Assembly: GCA_040954595.2 (NCBI GenBank)
Contig: CM082578.2
Coordinates: 13,298,304-13,362,303, forward strand
Length of the DNA: 64,000 bases
Reading direction: 5' to 3'
From: Balanoglossus misakiensis
Taxonomy: Eukaryota > Animalia > Hemichordata
The notes below the pieces were generated by a model that saw nothing but the letters and a program-made list of their open reading frames with translations, was not told the DNA's origin and made no database searches. The position numbers were made by a program, and so were the translations under genes. This document shows positions 12,801-26,110 of the stretch, in pieces. The first letter of the stretch is position 1. Each line of letters starts with the position of its first letter.

Positions 12801-13449
12801 CTTTCGGCAAACAAGGCTGATTTTTAAACCCATCACATTTCTCGTTTCATAAAAGATTTAATTAATATCGAGTAATTTTTCATCGTTTGTGACAATCATT
12901 CAATTCTTACATACATCACGTATCTGTAATTTTAACGAAGTGGGGACGAATATACCTTACAACGAATACTAGTCCCAGCATTTACCAAGGACAGAAAATA
13001 CCATTCGCCAAGGGCATAAAACACACGTCTATTCTACCTACACCTTCATCGAATGACCCTCAACACGTTAATGTTCTACACAATGGTTTTATAGGGACAA
13101 ATAGATCGTAAACTGGCGAATCGCGCGTACTAGACGTGATTTCATCCCCGGTTTTGGGGGGGGGGGGCAGACAGCCCGGACAAAGTTCATTTAGCGATAT
13201 GGTCGCTACTGTATTTCATCTTGGACAACTGGTTGTCTGAGGCAAGTTAAAGTTATGCAACAAAATTGAAAGTTGAATGTGGCTTAAAACGCTTTCTACT
13301 GTCGGTTTCTACAAAATGCGGGCTTAACAATGGCCATGCCATCCAAATAAATTAAAGTATTGTATCCAGGCACAGACAAAGACGAGTCTCTTTTGTCCGC
13401 AGTGTCTGAGTGTGGTCCTGTCTAAATTGGTCTTTGATGAACAATATCT

Positions 13450-13496
13450 GCCTTGCCTCCCTGCCTTGTCTGCCCTGCCTGCCTGCCTGCCTACCT
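13450..13496 (+). repeat. Degenerate (GCCT)n microsatellite
   Basis: gccttgcctccctgcc...gcctgcctgcctgcctacct. Confidence 0.7.
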
Positions 13497-14489
13497 ATAT
13501 ATTTCTGCATATCTAATTCCAGGCTAAACCTATCGGGCTATGCAACTGCTTGGGCCCCTCCAACGCTGCTCGCAGCTTCAATTGTACGTTGCCGTCATTC
13601 GAATATTAAACAGCACCCTCATCGGTTGGATGTGTAGAACTACAACATTTTGTTTTATTAGGTTGACCATGAAACATGTATATACACAAACTGGTTTGTA
13701 ATTATGTTTAACTTTTATTAAAATTTACGACAAATTTTATGTTGATAACAATGCTACAATAAACAGTTAACTCGAAAACCATTCATGACCTCACAACAGA
13801 AAGAAACATATCCAACTCTGATAATAACCTCTGATGTTTTCTGAAATTTATATTTCTTTCATTTTAGTGTGAAGACAACACTATAGTATCATTTATCCTT
13901 CTAACGAGTTGCGTTTGCCAGTTTTGGGGTTTTTCCCTGCGCCACTACAAAATGTGTACGAATGTAACATGCAAAACCCCAAATTGCATGATACATGGGA
14001 TTATATATGAAACTATGGAATAAAGCATTGAAAAAATAACCACACTGTAAAATCTTATTTTCCATTTGACGGCTCTAGCGAAACTTAAAAAAACGGAATC
14101 CTCTTCAAGAATGAAAAGGTATCAGGGTCCTAACAAATCGAGAACCATGAAAACCTTTTTTTATATTTTCGGATTTAAAACTCGGTTTATTGTCTATTTT
14201 AAATTTACTTATAAGTATATGTATTGGTTCGCAATGCATGCACAGTGGTGAGGCCTTATTTTTATCTGAAACGTTATACTTTCAAACCTTTCTTCAGTAA
14301 AGTATTCCTAAAAGAAGAGTTTCATTTCATGAAGCCTTTCTCCATCAAAGTTTCTCTGTGACAGTAAAGTAGCAAACTGATTTTTGCCAGTGTAGCTGCA
14401 CTACTGTGATATCATTTATATCACTTAATATGTACACCAAATGCTGTAAACTTGTGATCAAGAAACTAGCGCATAGTCTTAGTTCTCAA

Positions 14490-17400
14490 TCACTCCACAT
14501 CAGGGTCTCCTACCCAATTGACCTCTGGGGGAATAGGACCGACTTGTCTGCAGGATGCACCTTGGCAGATACTCAACATAATAAGCCTCTGGTTCTGTTT
14601 CTCAATCACAGCTGGATCCACTTGTTTAATTATATTTGTCAGCTGGTCAGGATCCTTGGTAAGGTTATACATCTCAACAAAACTCTGAAAAAGGAAAAAA
14701 AAACGATTCTGCTCAGCTGGCATGGATGATGGGGCTGCATACTCATCTAAGAAAGTGTTGTACATGGGGACTCTTTTTCCAATTTTGGCAGCATATTCTA
14801 ACATACATCAAACAATCTCCAACCTTCCCCACGCCCCCCCCCCTTCTAAGATACAATGTAATGTAGTGCTGGACTAACCTCCTTGTCATTGAATTCACAG
14901 TACATTAAATCTTCCTTGTTGGTCATTGTACGTCGACAAGAATATGTATCGTTTTTGCTATCCTGGCAGACACAGTCCAATGTATAACATGCCTTGATGA
15001 AAGAAGGACACAAGCACAATTAGTAACACTAAATACAGTTTAGTGTGGCATGGAAATCTTTATTCTGTTTGACTGATGTAGACACTTCAATTATATTTGT
15101 CTTTTTTTTTCAGTCAAGACACCTACATGTCCCAAATTATGTAATTGATGATGAGGAATACAAAAACATACTAGTATTTAAAGTTCAAATTAATATACTA
15201 AAAAGTACTTACAGCCATATTTCCGGTATTTTTACAAGGGGGATAATGCCCATCAGGTTCATACTCCCCTTTGTGTTCTACAAGAAAGTCTTCTCTCCAT
15301 TTATCACTGATAGTATCAACAGGATGCTGCAAATACCAACCAGCACAGTGGCACATATATCAGAAAAACTTTGAATTCATAACTAAACTGAACTACAGCA
15401 ATAGAAAATTCATCACAATTGCAACCAATTTGACTTAGATCACCCCCAAGGTCCTTCACATCAAATGCATCTTTAGAATTTATTTTGAAGTGTTTTAGTA
15501 GCTCGGTATGGACAGCGCCCTCGCAGGTACCAGTCCTAGTTCTTACGTTTTTTTGTATTACTGCTCATGCGCAATTGAAACGGTTCCTGTCGTAACTTAG
15601 TCTTGCAAGAGACCAAAATGTCATTACCCACCCTTCCATTGCCTTATTAGGCATACATAAGACCATCCATAGTACTAGTTTGTATGGAGTCTCACACACA
15701 CAATATAACATGACTTACTAAAAGAGTCAGAAGTGATCTCCCATCCACATCAGATGGCACTTCATGTCCTGATAATTCCACAAATGTTGGTGCCAGGTCA
15801 ATATTAAGCACAGGTTCATCACAGGTTTTTCCAGCGGCTACGCCAGGACCTCTGATAATCAGTGGCACTCTGATATCAAACTCATAAAGCTGTCTTTTGT
15901 CCCTCGGCATTGAGAACTGACCTGATAAAAATGTACAAAAAGAGCATCAGGGATACTGAGCTTGTATTTGATCAGAAATGTTACATTCAAGTTTAAATAC
16001 AAAGGCGATACATGTAGGAGTAAGTACCCTTTGACACCAGGCCACAATATGCCTCCTCATACAACAATGCCAGAATGCTATGCATGATGTTTCACTTAGT
16101 GACTATAATTAAGCTTGAGGCTCAACAGGCATAGATTCAACTGATGTGATAATTGTCTTGAATACTCACCCAAATGATATCCATTGTCTGATGAAAACAC
16201 TATATATGTATTATCAAGTAGTTTTTTGTCTTGTAGGGTGTTCACAATGCCCTCTACCAGATCATCTACTGAAAGTAATGTCCTCCACCTGCATTGAAAT
16301 ACAAGGTCACGAATTTAGTTGATAATTGAAAGAAACTGCTGACTCAGAACGGATTTTCCTGAAAACCATTTTCATGGTCACAGAATCTATGTTCATAAAC
16401 ACACAATATGTTTTTAAAATCTGTTTTCTTGATTTTTTGAAACGCAGTCTGAGCCAAAACTTAACCTAAAATGAATTACACCTTTTCCGGAAAATGTCAT
16501 CTGTGTCTTGAATTGAAACGTTCAACATCGGTGTCTTCTGGCTTCGCACAAGCCAGTGTTTGTCCTGTTAACATGTTTGGGTAAAACAGAAAAACAAAAT
16601 AATCACTACCTGGGCGTGTCAGCAAACTTGTCAGTGAAAAAATCTTTTGATCACACTACATAGTATTAGTACAACAAAATATTGGACCTGTAAAGAGGGA
16701 ACTGAGGGTGAAAGGGCTAATATTTTAGTGTAGACTTACACTGCCATGTTTATTAAAGCTTGGTGTCCTTGGTGCTTTTTTATTGGTGAAGTTCTTGACA
16801 TACTGTGGTGCTGAATCAAATGGTGCGTGACATGCTGGGGTGGAAATCATCATAAAGAATGGATTGCTATCACTCTGTAGTGTCAAGAAATCTTGTCCCT
16901 TCCTGGACTGAAAACAAAGAAAGATGTTACAGTCACCAACGCAATAGACTAAATTTTAATTAATTTGCACAGTACACTTCAATCTTAATAAGACAAAAAC
17001 ATTGATCTGATCATAGATAATATAAGTACAGTATATGGTAAGAAACTTACCAGTAAATCAGTCAGGTAGTCTGTCTTGTAATCTTTGCCATGTTTTTCTG
17101 CTGTACCATTCACAGAAAGTGTATAGTCATAGTAGACTGAATTGTGAACCTATTGGAATCATCAATTAATTTATTATTTATCATGGTTTCTATTTATTAT
17201 AGAATTGCTGGGAACCATACACTTCTAGATAAGTCAACAACTTATAAATACATGAATTTGCAACATCCCAGCTATACTATTTTAATAGTTTGTTATTTGG
17301 CATCCTTGTAAATTCGATCACAATCCTATACTCAAAAATAGCATGAAGGATACTGCACTCCCATATGATTAGAATTTGTACATTCATGATAATGACATAA

Positions 17401-19013
17401 AAAGATAACGTACCAGTCCTAACCACCAATCCCAACCTGGCGGAACATGCTCCACTCCTCCAGAAAGTTTGTCTCCATACTGGAATCAAATAAACACAGC
17501 TCATCAATTGTCTGCATGGGTTCAATGCAGGTAACTGTATATTGTTCTCTCAAAATCAAATGAAGCACCTGTTCTTGGAGATTACCTCCATCAACAACTG
17601 CCCAAAAAGGCAACCCTTGGATGATGTCTCAGTTTAATAATCAGTAATTCCTTATTTAAATAATTGTATTTTATCTGGTGACAAGAACAGATTTGCAAAA
17701 TCGGCCAAAATTGAGTGGCTGACATAGCGCCAACAAATGCTGTGACCTTAGATATTTTTGTGTTTGGTTATTTTTGCATTTCTAAATCCAAGTAAACAAT
17801 TCGCTCACTCATGTAACACATGGCCTCATTGCCATTATTTCTCTAGGTGCCTGGTTAAATACTTATCAACAATGTCCTTTGTTGCACCACTGACAGCTGT
17901 CACTTGATAGTCTAATAAGTTGACAAGTTTGCCTTGAAATGTTGATTGTTTACACTTTTATGCACACATTTAGCACATTTATTGTTAATATGATTTCAAT
18001 CATGACCATTCATTTCTTGCAACACTGATCTTCTCTGTCTTTTTCATTAACCCTTTCACCCCCAGTTCCTTGACTTCCTGCCATAGAGGTCTAACTTTCC
18101 CAAAAAATTCTCACCATCAAACACTAGAATCATACACATTTTAAAATACATTCACATATAAGGCACTCAGAGACATGTAAATGTTACTTTACCTGATTCA
18201 GATATTTGCCACCAAAAAATGTATTATATCCCATCTGTTTGACAAAGGTGATAAAAGTACTCTTTTCTGCCCCAGCTTGCCAGGCTGGACTGCTGCAGTT
18301 GCCTGATATGCTGTTATTAAGAGCTCCATGATTGTGTACATAGTTGCCTGTCAGAATACTTGATCTGCTGGGACAGCACAGTGGGCTTGTTGTGAACTAA
18401 TGAAAGGAAAAGAAGATATGGATTGATGAATAACCATTATATGGTGCATTTCTTTTTATTTTCTTATTTGCATCAAGCCTTTAATGGTCAGCATGCTGTC
18501 AGAGTCACCTGCCTTCATTCATCAATTCAAGAATTATAATACAATGGGCAAATACAACAAACACATCACATGATTTAATGATTTAAGAGCATTTTGGTAC
18601 ATGTATGTTGGGAGATCGTGTTGTGCTGCCTGCCACACCCCCTATAAAGTTTCTACACCTTCATATTACCACAGAGTGAAATTTACTTACCATATTGGTA
18701 AAAGTCATACCAGTATCTCCTAATAATTTTTTTGTTTTAGTCATGGGTGTCTGCAAAAAGAAAACACTCATTTCATTCATAATATTGATAACAGGCGTGT
18801 CATGTCAGCCCTAGCCAGGGACCATGGTTTCACTTTTTAAGTTTGAAAACTATCGACATCGTCATATATATCATATAGCGCGAGGTGACTTACCATTCCT
18901 CCTAACACTACATCTTGATCGTCCGTGAGAATGAAAATGATGTTAGGTTGCTTCTTCCCCGCACAACAACCAAGGCAAAGAAGGGCCATAACGATGGGGA
19001 ACACGCGAACCAT
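14490..19013 (-). CDS. GNS: N-acetylglucosamine-6-sulfatase, 12 exons (19013-18894, 18750-18691, 18396-18193, 17479-17414, 17149-17051, 16907-16740, 16564-16482, 16288-16170, 15921-15719, 15326-15213, 14992-14879, 14684-14490)
   Basis: Signal peptide, [12 protein letters not shown], formylglycine signature [68 protein letters not shown]. All introns are GT-AG and in phase. Confidence 0.95.
16681..16720 (-). mobile_element. Fragment of a piggyBac-like MITE family (GNS intron)
   Basis: Minus strand ttagccctttcaccctcagttccctctttacaggtccaat matches the copies at 18047 and 48928. Confidence 0.5.
18047..18101 (+). mobile_element. Fragment of a piggyBac-like MITE family (GNS intron)
   Basis: TTAA-CCCTTTCACCCCCAGTTCC...AGGTCTAACTTTCCCA; TTAA plus CCC terminus. 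Confidence 0.5.
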
Positions 19014-20069
19014 GATTGTAAGGTATGGACTGTAACTTGTAAACGGCTCGGCGGACTGCACTGCACTGCTGTTTAGTGTTCACCAGGCAATGATTTAGTG
19101 GTCATGTGATTCGTGCACAAGAGCAGTCACATGACAACAAAAGTGAAGGTCATTGACCTCCGCGACTTCAATGGCTGGCAGTGGAGCTAATGGCAAAATG
19201 ACTCGTGACTCCAGTTGTTTTGTGCTTATTGAAACGAGCATTGTGCCGCATTTGCTATCTTTCTGACAGTTTTGTTGTGCCCATAATGTCACAGTAACAC
19301 CCGCCGCCGTCATTTGAGTACAATTCGATGATGAATTGTAAGGCGCTCAATACATATTTGACACAGTTTTCTTGTGGGACCATAAAATCCCAAAAATGGG
19401 AAATCCACCGGGTCCTCCATGACATCTTGTTTGGGAGTAGGCCTATACAAATTTGCTCCACAATGCGGTGTGACTCGCAAATAGGCAGGTAAAGGTAAAC
19501 ACACAGGCGGCGGAATTCAACTGACTGGGGCCTGATTCAACATGTTGACAAACATATCAAGTTGCCAACTGCGAAAACATTTTTAATCTATTAAGTGTAT
19601 CTTTTATTTGTGAACACATTAACACATACTGATAATAGTAATGCACATCTTACAGATGGGTCTATCTCTCTATAAATGTATTTATGTATCTAGTAGTCCA
19701 TAGCAGTACGTTTGCGATTGTTTATTCTTTCATTGGGCTTGTGTTTTTGTGTGTGTACATGTATCTCTCAATGTGAGTGACCCTCTCTACCGGTAGATGT
19801 GCGATGCTCATAATTTTCTTTTACTTGAAGGGTTACATTTCTGATTGCGTCTTCTATTCTTTGCGTCAACAATAACGTGCAATTCAACAATAATGTGAAG
19901 AATCTAATAAATATAATTATTATAGCTGAGAAAGGACGACCAAACCTGGGTGATTACGGGGGTTAACAAGGAGAAAAGATAGGGCGTCCTCTGCTTGACT
20001 GGTCCAGATCAGTGGTACATGTATATTGACAATGAAAATCGGAGACGAGAATGTACAGAAAGTATACAC

Positions 20070-21508
20070 CTATTTCGGTATATGTATCAAAAAATTATAA
20101 AGTAATTGGTGAAATCTATCCGCTGAGTCCATATATGCGGCGTGATTTGCATTGCGTATTTTGTGGAGTTGTATATTAGGCAAATTCTGTAGATGTTCGT
20201 AAGACGTGGCTCCGAGGTCTGTGTCTTGATCTCCGAACACAATCATAGTCGGAATCTGAAGATGAAAGGGTAAGGCGTGTGTCAGAGACATGGATAATTC
20301 GGTGAAGATGTAAACAGAATATCTATAGCAGTGTTCCTAAATATATGGACACCCAGAAATGCCGCAAGAGGAATTTGAAATAAATATGTGCTAACGACCA
20401 CATGTTGTCGTGCCGTGGTTTCAGGCTACGTGGCTTTATGGTAGGGTCCATGATATAAGCGTCCCGCTCAAACTTTCCTAGTCAGTTTACCACACGGTAC
20501 TGTGCCAAAATTCGTCGATTTTGTCATTTATACTGACCACATCGGAACTAAATTATGACTAACGAACGATAAATTGAAATATTTTCGTATACATAATCTA
20601 CTCACGTCAATTGCTGCATATTGGTCGGCAGTATAGTTACCGGTCCCCGTTGGAGCAATAGGCACAAATCCACGAACCAATTCTGGATGCTTGAACAGCA
20701 AAGGTAGGGAGAACTGTCCACTGAGGGAGGGACTAATAATGACAGGTTGACCCAGATGTAATTCTTGGATAAAGTTTGCGAGAAATTCTCCTGCGTCACC
20801 ATTGAGTTGGACACTTTTTGAGTTCACGTGACCTAAATTAATTAACAAATAAGACAAGCATAAGGAATATTGTTCGGCCGAACAACTTGTAGATTGTACA
20901 ACTGGTTGATTATTTTGGTTGGATTGGTTTTTAATATTGAGTCTTCATGAATGTTATCTTTTTTTTAACAAGCCCCAACACCTACTCACACACCCACCCA
21001 CCCACCCACCCACCCACCGGAGCGTACCGAAATTACCTGGTAGATCGACAGCTACGACTCTGTACCCTAATTTTGCAAGTTGATGCAGCGTTCCTAGTTC
21101 CAGCCAGGTGTGCGAGGAGTACACCGCTCCATGCAGCAACAAAACAGTGCCCTCAATGTTTTCAGCCTTGCTCTCGTCAAGTGCTTCGCGGAAGTACACT
21201 CGTCCACTGGTCCCCTCGACGGACACTGTCGATTCACGAATCCCTATCGTCGAGTAGTCGTTCCCAACTTTCAGTTCTTGTGGTATTTCCTCGATATCGC
21301 GTTCTTTCCAGTCAACAGGAGGTTCTGTTTTAGTAATGTTGACCTCATAATTTCCAGTTATTTCCGAACTGGAGTTGGAAACATAGAGTCCTACTTGGTA
21401 ATCGTAGGAATTGTGTGAAAAAATCAGTTTGCTGAACAAGAATGTAAGCGTACAAATCAAAGTCCCCACAATTCCGACGGCTCTGTACTTGATCTTTACT
21501 GGTTGCAT
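20070..21508 (-). CDS. ABHD14A: ABHD14A-like alpha/beta hydrolase, copy 1 (exons 21508-21037, 20832-20606, 20255-20070)
   Basis: N-terminal TM helix, VLLLHGA..SS.TW, AVDLPG, nucleophile motif IISPSLSG, GFVPIAP, GDQD, NHAAY. Confidence 0.85.
20987..21017 (+). repeat. (CACC)n microsatellite
   Basis: cacccacccacccacc run in an intron. Confidence 0.8.
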
Positions 21509-24503
21509 CTTCACATAAGAAATCCCTGCAAAAATATGAAACAAAAGTAAAGCTTCACAATAAACCCTTGTTTCCAAACTCCCGTTTGACGATTCTAAAT
21601 AATATCGAAAGTCGGCATGGGAATTTCTTCGTATCTTGTGGTACTGTGTTACAGTGATCGAAATATGAAATTATTTGTGTTGCCGCTATATCTAGACCAC
21701 ACGAAATAGATATTTCATATTAATTATCTCACTGCTGTAAAACTTTGACCTTTGACATCACACGTCACAATCCAAACTAGCCGCAAGCCATGCAAGCTGT
21801 TCATAGACATTCATTGTGCTTTTAGCTGTGTCATACTATTGACGACATCTGTGCACCGCAACGTCGTGACGTGTGATATGCCCAGCCACAACTCAACAAT
21901 AAAATCACATCTCGCCACGGTAACTTATTCTTAATATTTCACTAAAAATGTCACTAAATATATCAGTGGGCATTCTATCGAAGTTTAATAATTATGAGGA
22001 TGGTATTTAGGTAAAAATGTTAATCCATTATACCGTTGTCACCTGAAAGATAAAATTAATAATGATACCAGTTGTCAAGGTGAAACGGAATGTTCCGTCC
22101 GGATTTGAATTGATGAGAGCATAACATACCGGGTATATCATAAATGCAAACAATTTGTTTATCACCAACAAAAATATCAACTTTACCTCCAAGCAACATG
22201 GCATATTCTTTAAGTACTAAACACCTCAGCTCTGGTTAATAACTTCAGAAACTATCCAATCCTTAGGTGCCCTTTTTTCAGCTTTCCATGCTTTATGAAA
22301 GTCAGGCAAATTTTGTGACGCGCATGAGCGATAAACAGTACTTATGTCATGTGACTCCTATGCATTGTCACAAGATATTGGACCATGTGTTGAGTTTTGA
22401 ATATATATGACTTAGACTTAAGAGAGGCGGTGTGAAAACTTAATGCTTTGTTGAACTGCCTTATTCTGAAATTCATCGTTGTATTCGTTAATTTGTATTT
22501 TTATGATACCTCATTTCTTAAAGGGTCGAATTTAAAGCTTGAAAGGAGAGAGGCTGGTTTGGTCAAATCCGCTTGACGAAGTACAGTGCAATGCCAGTAC
22601 GTTAATGTGACTTCTTGACTCTTAACCATGACTCCATGAGTCGAGTCTACTTTATATCTAGCAAAGGTCAAGGAAGCGTCATTCCTACGATTAAATCACA
22701 CTACCTTTTACTGAGCAATTGTTCAATCTCTGCATGTTTGCCGAAAATGACTTTACTTATCGTTATCTAAAGGAGACAACAATTATCATTATGATTAAGC
22801 GAATCTTGCTAACGCCTCCTTGAACAGACGGCATTTGGGTGTTTGGTTAAAAGAACCTGGGGATCCAAATGCAAACTTGTTTGCATATGTTGAGTTTTGC
22901 TTGCATGAAAGAACACGAAGTCGAATATCACACAATGTGCTTTGCAAAGATTGCACACAGAAATTAGAAGACACAGATGGGACATTTTCTGTGCATTTTT
23001 AAAATAGGTATAAAAAGCCCTGTTAAACAGGAATACGTTTGTGAACGGTTTAGTTGTAATTCTCAAGTCCCACTAGCCGGGAGAATGATTTTCGGTACGA
23101 GTAAGCACGTCTCGAAGCGACCGTCTAAACATTCGATAAATTACGTATTTGAAGGCTTGGTGGGGTCTTTTTTATAATTTCATCTCTGACCCGTTGGTAT
23201 ATTTATATAGAAAATGCTTTCAATGTGCGAACAGCAAAATATTATAATAAACCTTATGATAATATGGAACGCAAATCTCGCCTGTGGATTAACGTGCACA
23301 GCTTGCTTCAATGGGTTCAAAGGTCAAACCAACGACCCCAAAAAAGGAAAATGGAGAAAGATATACATATCCACTTGATCTTTTTAATACGGTATTATTT
23401 CTTAAATGGGCGTTTATTCGTTAATTCTCCTTACCGATTTCTGTCAAATTATTTGGCAATCTGTTACACTTCATGCGTTACTCTCGAGAGCGTTTCTAAA
23501 AATGTCGTTCATATTGTAGAACAGAAAAAAATCTTATAAACTAGTGTTTTGCCTGTAAGACAGAACCTCCCCGGTCTAAAACCTCAATATCATATTTGTG
23601 ATCCGGACTTCACTTATCGAATCACAAGGAAAAGTTGGAATGATGTGTGTGATAACCGAGTAGTAAAGTGTAGAACACTGATTAATTTAAAATATAAAAG
23701 TACCTTTTTAGTCGCTTCTAAAATGATTCTTCTGGTTCAACAATTTGCTCTGGACAGTTTCTCCCGTTGCCGTGGATGTTCATCGGCACGCTTACTGAAT
23801 CCACTCGTCTGTACTACTCACTACGGCGTTAACGTTATTAGCATACCACGACGCATACACATGACGTGTCCAACCGATCGTAGACGGTGCGTGCGAGTGC
23901 TGCGTCCAGATCGTGTATGCAGATTAATTACAACAATTTGCAGTATTTAATGTATAAATAGCGATTCAATTCTGTCGACAGAGGGCGTGCCGGAAACTTT
24001 ACCCGGTCGCGATGGAGAAAACACTTTTAAACAAGATATCATAGCTATAGGAAATTTGATGAAACAGCATGAACATTGGTTAATTGAAATTGGCCCCAGA
24101 AAAATCATTTTCCCACTCTCCGGAAGTTTATTTTATCATAACTATTATTTTGTTTTATTTCTGACCATAATTGTCCATATAAATCATAAAGAGAAATACA
24201 AATGCCAGGAAAAAAAGACAAAACCTGCGAAATCAATATACAATCAATTCAAATTTACTTGCTAACCATAAAAACTAACTCTTTTTCCAAAGTCGACAGT
24301 GACTGGGACACGTCAGAGCTACAAATCACATTCATAGAACATAAAGTAAATTTTCGCAAAAAATATTTGCTGACACATATTGCTTCCCCTTAGTTGAAAG
24401 AATGTGAATAAGTGGCCATGGGTATGTTAATAGGAAGTGATTTTAATGTGGAAGTCTGCACCAAAATGACTACAATCAAAGTGATATACGGTAGTACTGT
24501 TTA

Positions 24504-25487
24504 CTATCCATCTATTTTCTTGAGAAAAGTATACAACAATTCATGCCAGCGACGAGGTTTGTCTAAGTACGCAGGGTGGTTTGCTTCTTCCAGCTGCTCT
24601 ATGAACTTGTTCGGCATTTGTTTTAAGTTTTCCAAAGATTCCAGCCCTAGCCCTTTGTCGTGTTCACCATAGACGATCAATGTGGGCACCTGTAAAATTC
24701 AAGCCGTGTCAACAATTTACTTATTTATAGTTTGATAACTGGATGTCAGTGCAGTTATATTTATATATTGCCCATTAATGATGTAATGGTCATAATAATA
24801 TTTACAAGTATGCTGCAGGTAAGGTTGTCAAGGTATGCAGCTTAAAGGGCTCCTCAAATGATCTCAGATGGGCAAATATATAAAATCTCACTGCAATGAA
24901 TGTCAGTGCGGTGCAGTGCAGCGTCATGAAATCCATATATTGAAATCTTGCGTCAAATTACGTTGGCTAATCGTCCCCATGTTAAAATTCCCAAACTATG
25001 CAAATTACTGTTTGCTATGCAAGCAGTCCACAAGGTTAAATGATCATGCGATTTTCTATTCTACAAACCTGGCAATTACTATATTCATCTGACGAGAACT
25101 TGGTGGTCCCAGTCGGGGCAACGGACACAAACCCACGCACGACTTCAGGATGGTGAAGCACTAGAGGTAGGGCATACTCGCCACTCATTGATGGGCTGAC
25201 CAACACAGGCCGGTTGAGGCCCAAGCCTTTAATCACATTTTCAATGAATAGCGCTGGGTCACCAGAGTAAGTTACAGTTCGGGACATTCCGTATCCTGTA
25301 AAAAAGTAAATATTGCATAGTTCATTCAGATATCTGTGAACCGATTTTATCCAAAATTGGTTTACTAATTTCGAAAATATCACTAATTATAAAATTTCAT
25401 TAAACATCAGATAATCCGTGCCATATCGATGACATAGACTATAGAGACACTATCACACACAGGGCAGGCGGACAGACAGACAAATAA

Positions 25488-25532
<45 letters not shown>

Positions 25533-26110
25533 AATCAGTATAACATTATTTTAAACGCTTGAAGTTTTAAGTACGCCAGACGGGCTGAGACAAATGATAA
25601 AATTATAAAGATTTTATAATTACCTGGTAAATCTATCGCAACTACTCTATATCGTAATTTGGCGAGTTGCTGCAAAGTGCCAACGGCAAGCCATGTTTTC
25701 GACGAAAAAGCAGCGCCATGCAAAAGTAGCACGTCCCCCTTAAACTGTCCGTTCGCTCCTTCTACGGTGGCTTCTTTGTAGAACAGAGACCCCGTGGCAC
25801 CCTCGATCTTGATTTCACTGTCAATTTCTACCTCTTTGGACTTATGAATGATGGTGGTTAGATCATAGTCAGCTTGCAGTTCCCGTGGTATTTCTTCTAC
25901 CATCATATCACCCAGGCTCCCACTGGCCGACAACAACGACATGCCCATGTCATCCCCGTCCCCATTTCCCGTCGTGTCCAGAAATTCTTGCGCCGGCGGC
26001 GTATATTTGTAACGGTAATACGCGAAATATATAGTAATGGACGCAATAACAAGCACTGCAATGGCACAGTACTTAAGGTTAACTGTCGACGGTGACGATG
26101 CCGTCGACAT
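24504..26110 (-). CDS. ABHD14A: ABHD14A-like alpha/beta hydrolase, copy 2 (exons ~26110-25624, 25295-25069, 24689-24504; start may be 26140)
   Basis: Same exon sizes (227 and 186 nt) and phases as copy 1. TM helix, [35 protein letters not shown]. Confidence 0.85.
25470..25531 (+). repeat. (GACA)n microsatellite
   Basis: Long gacagacaga tract. Confidence 0.9.

Noticed and set aside
17586-17597. 12-nt in-frame microexon candidate in GNS (LLME)
   Set aside because: Weak polypyrimidine tract, and it would disrupt the conserved GKYLNQYG motif.
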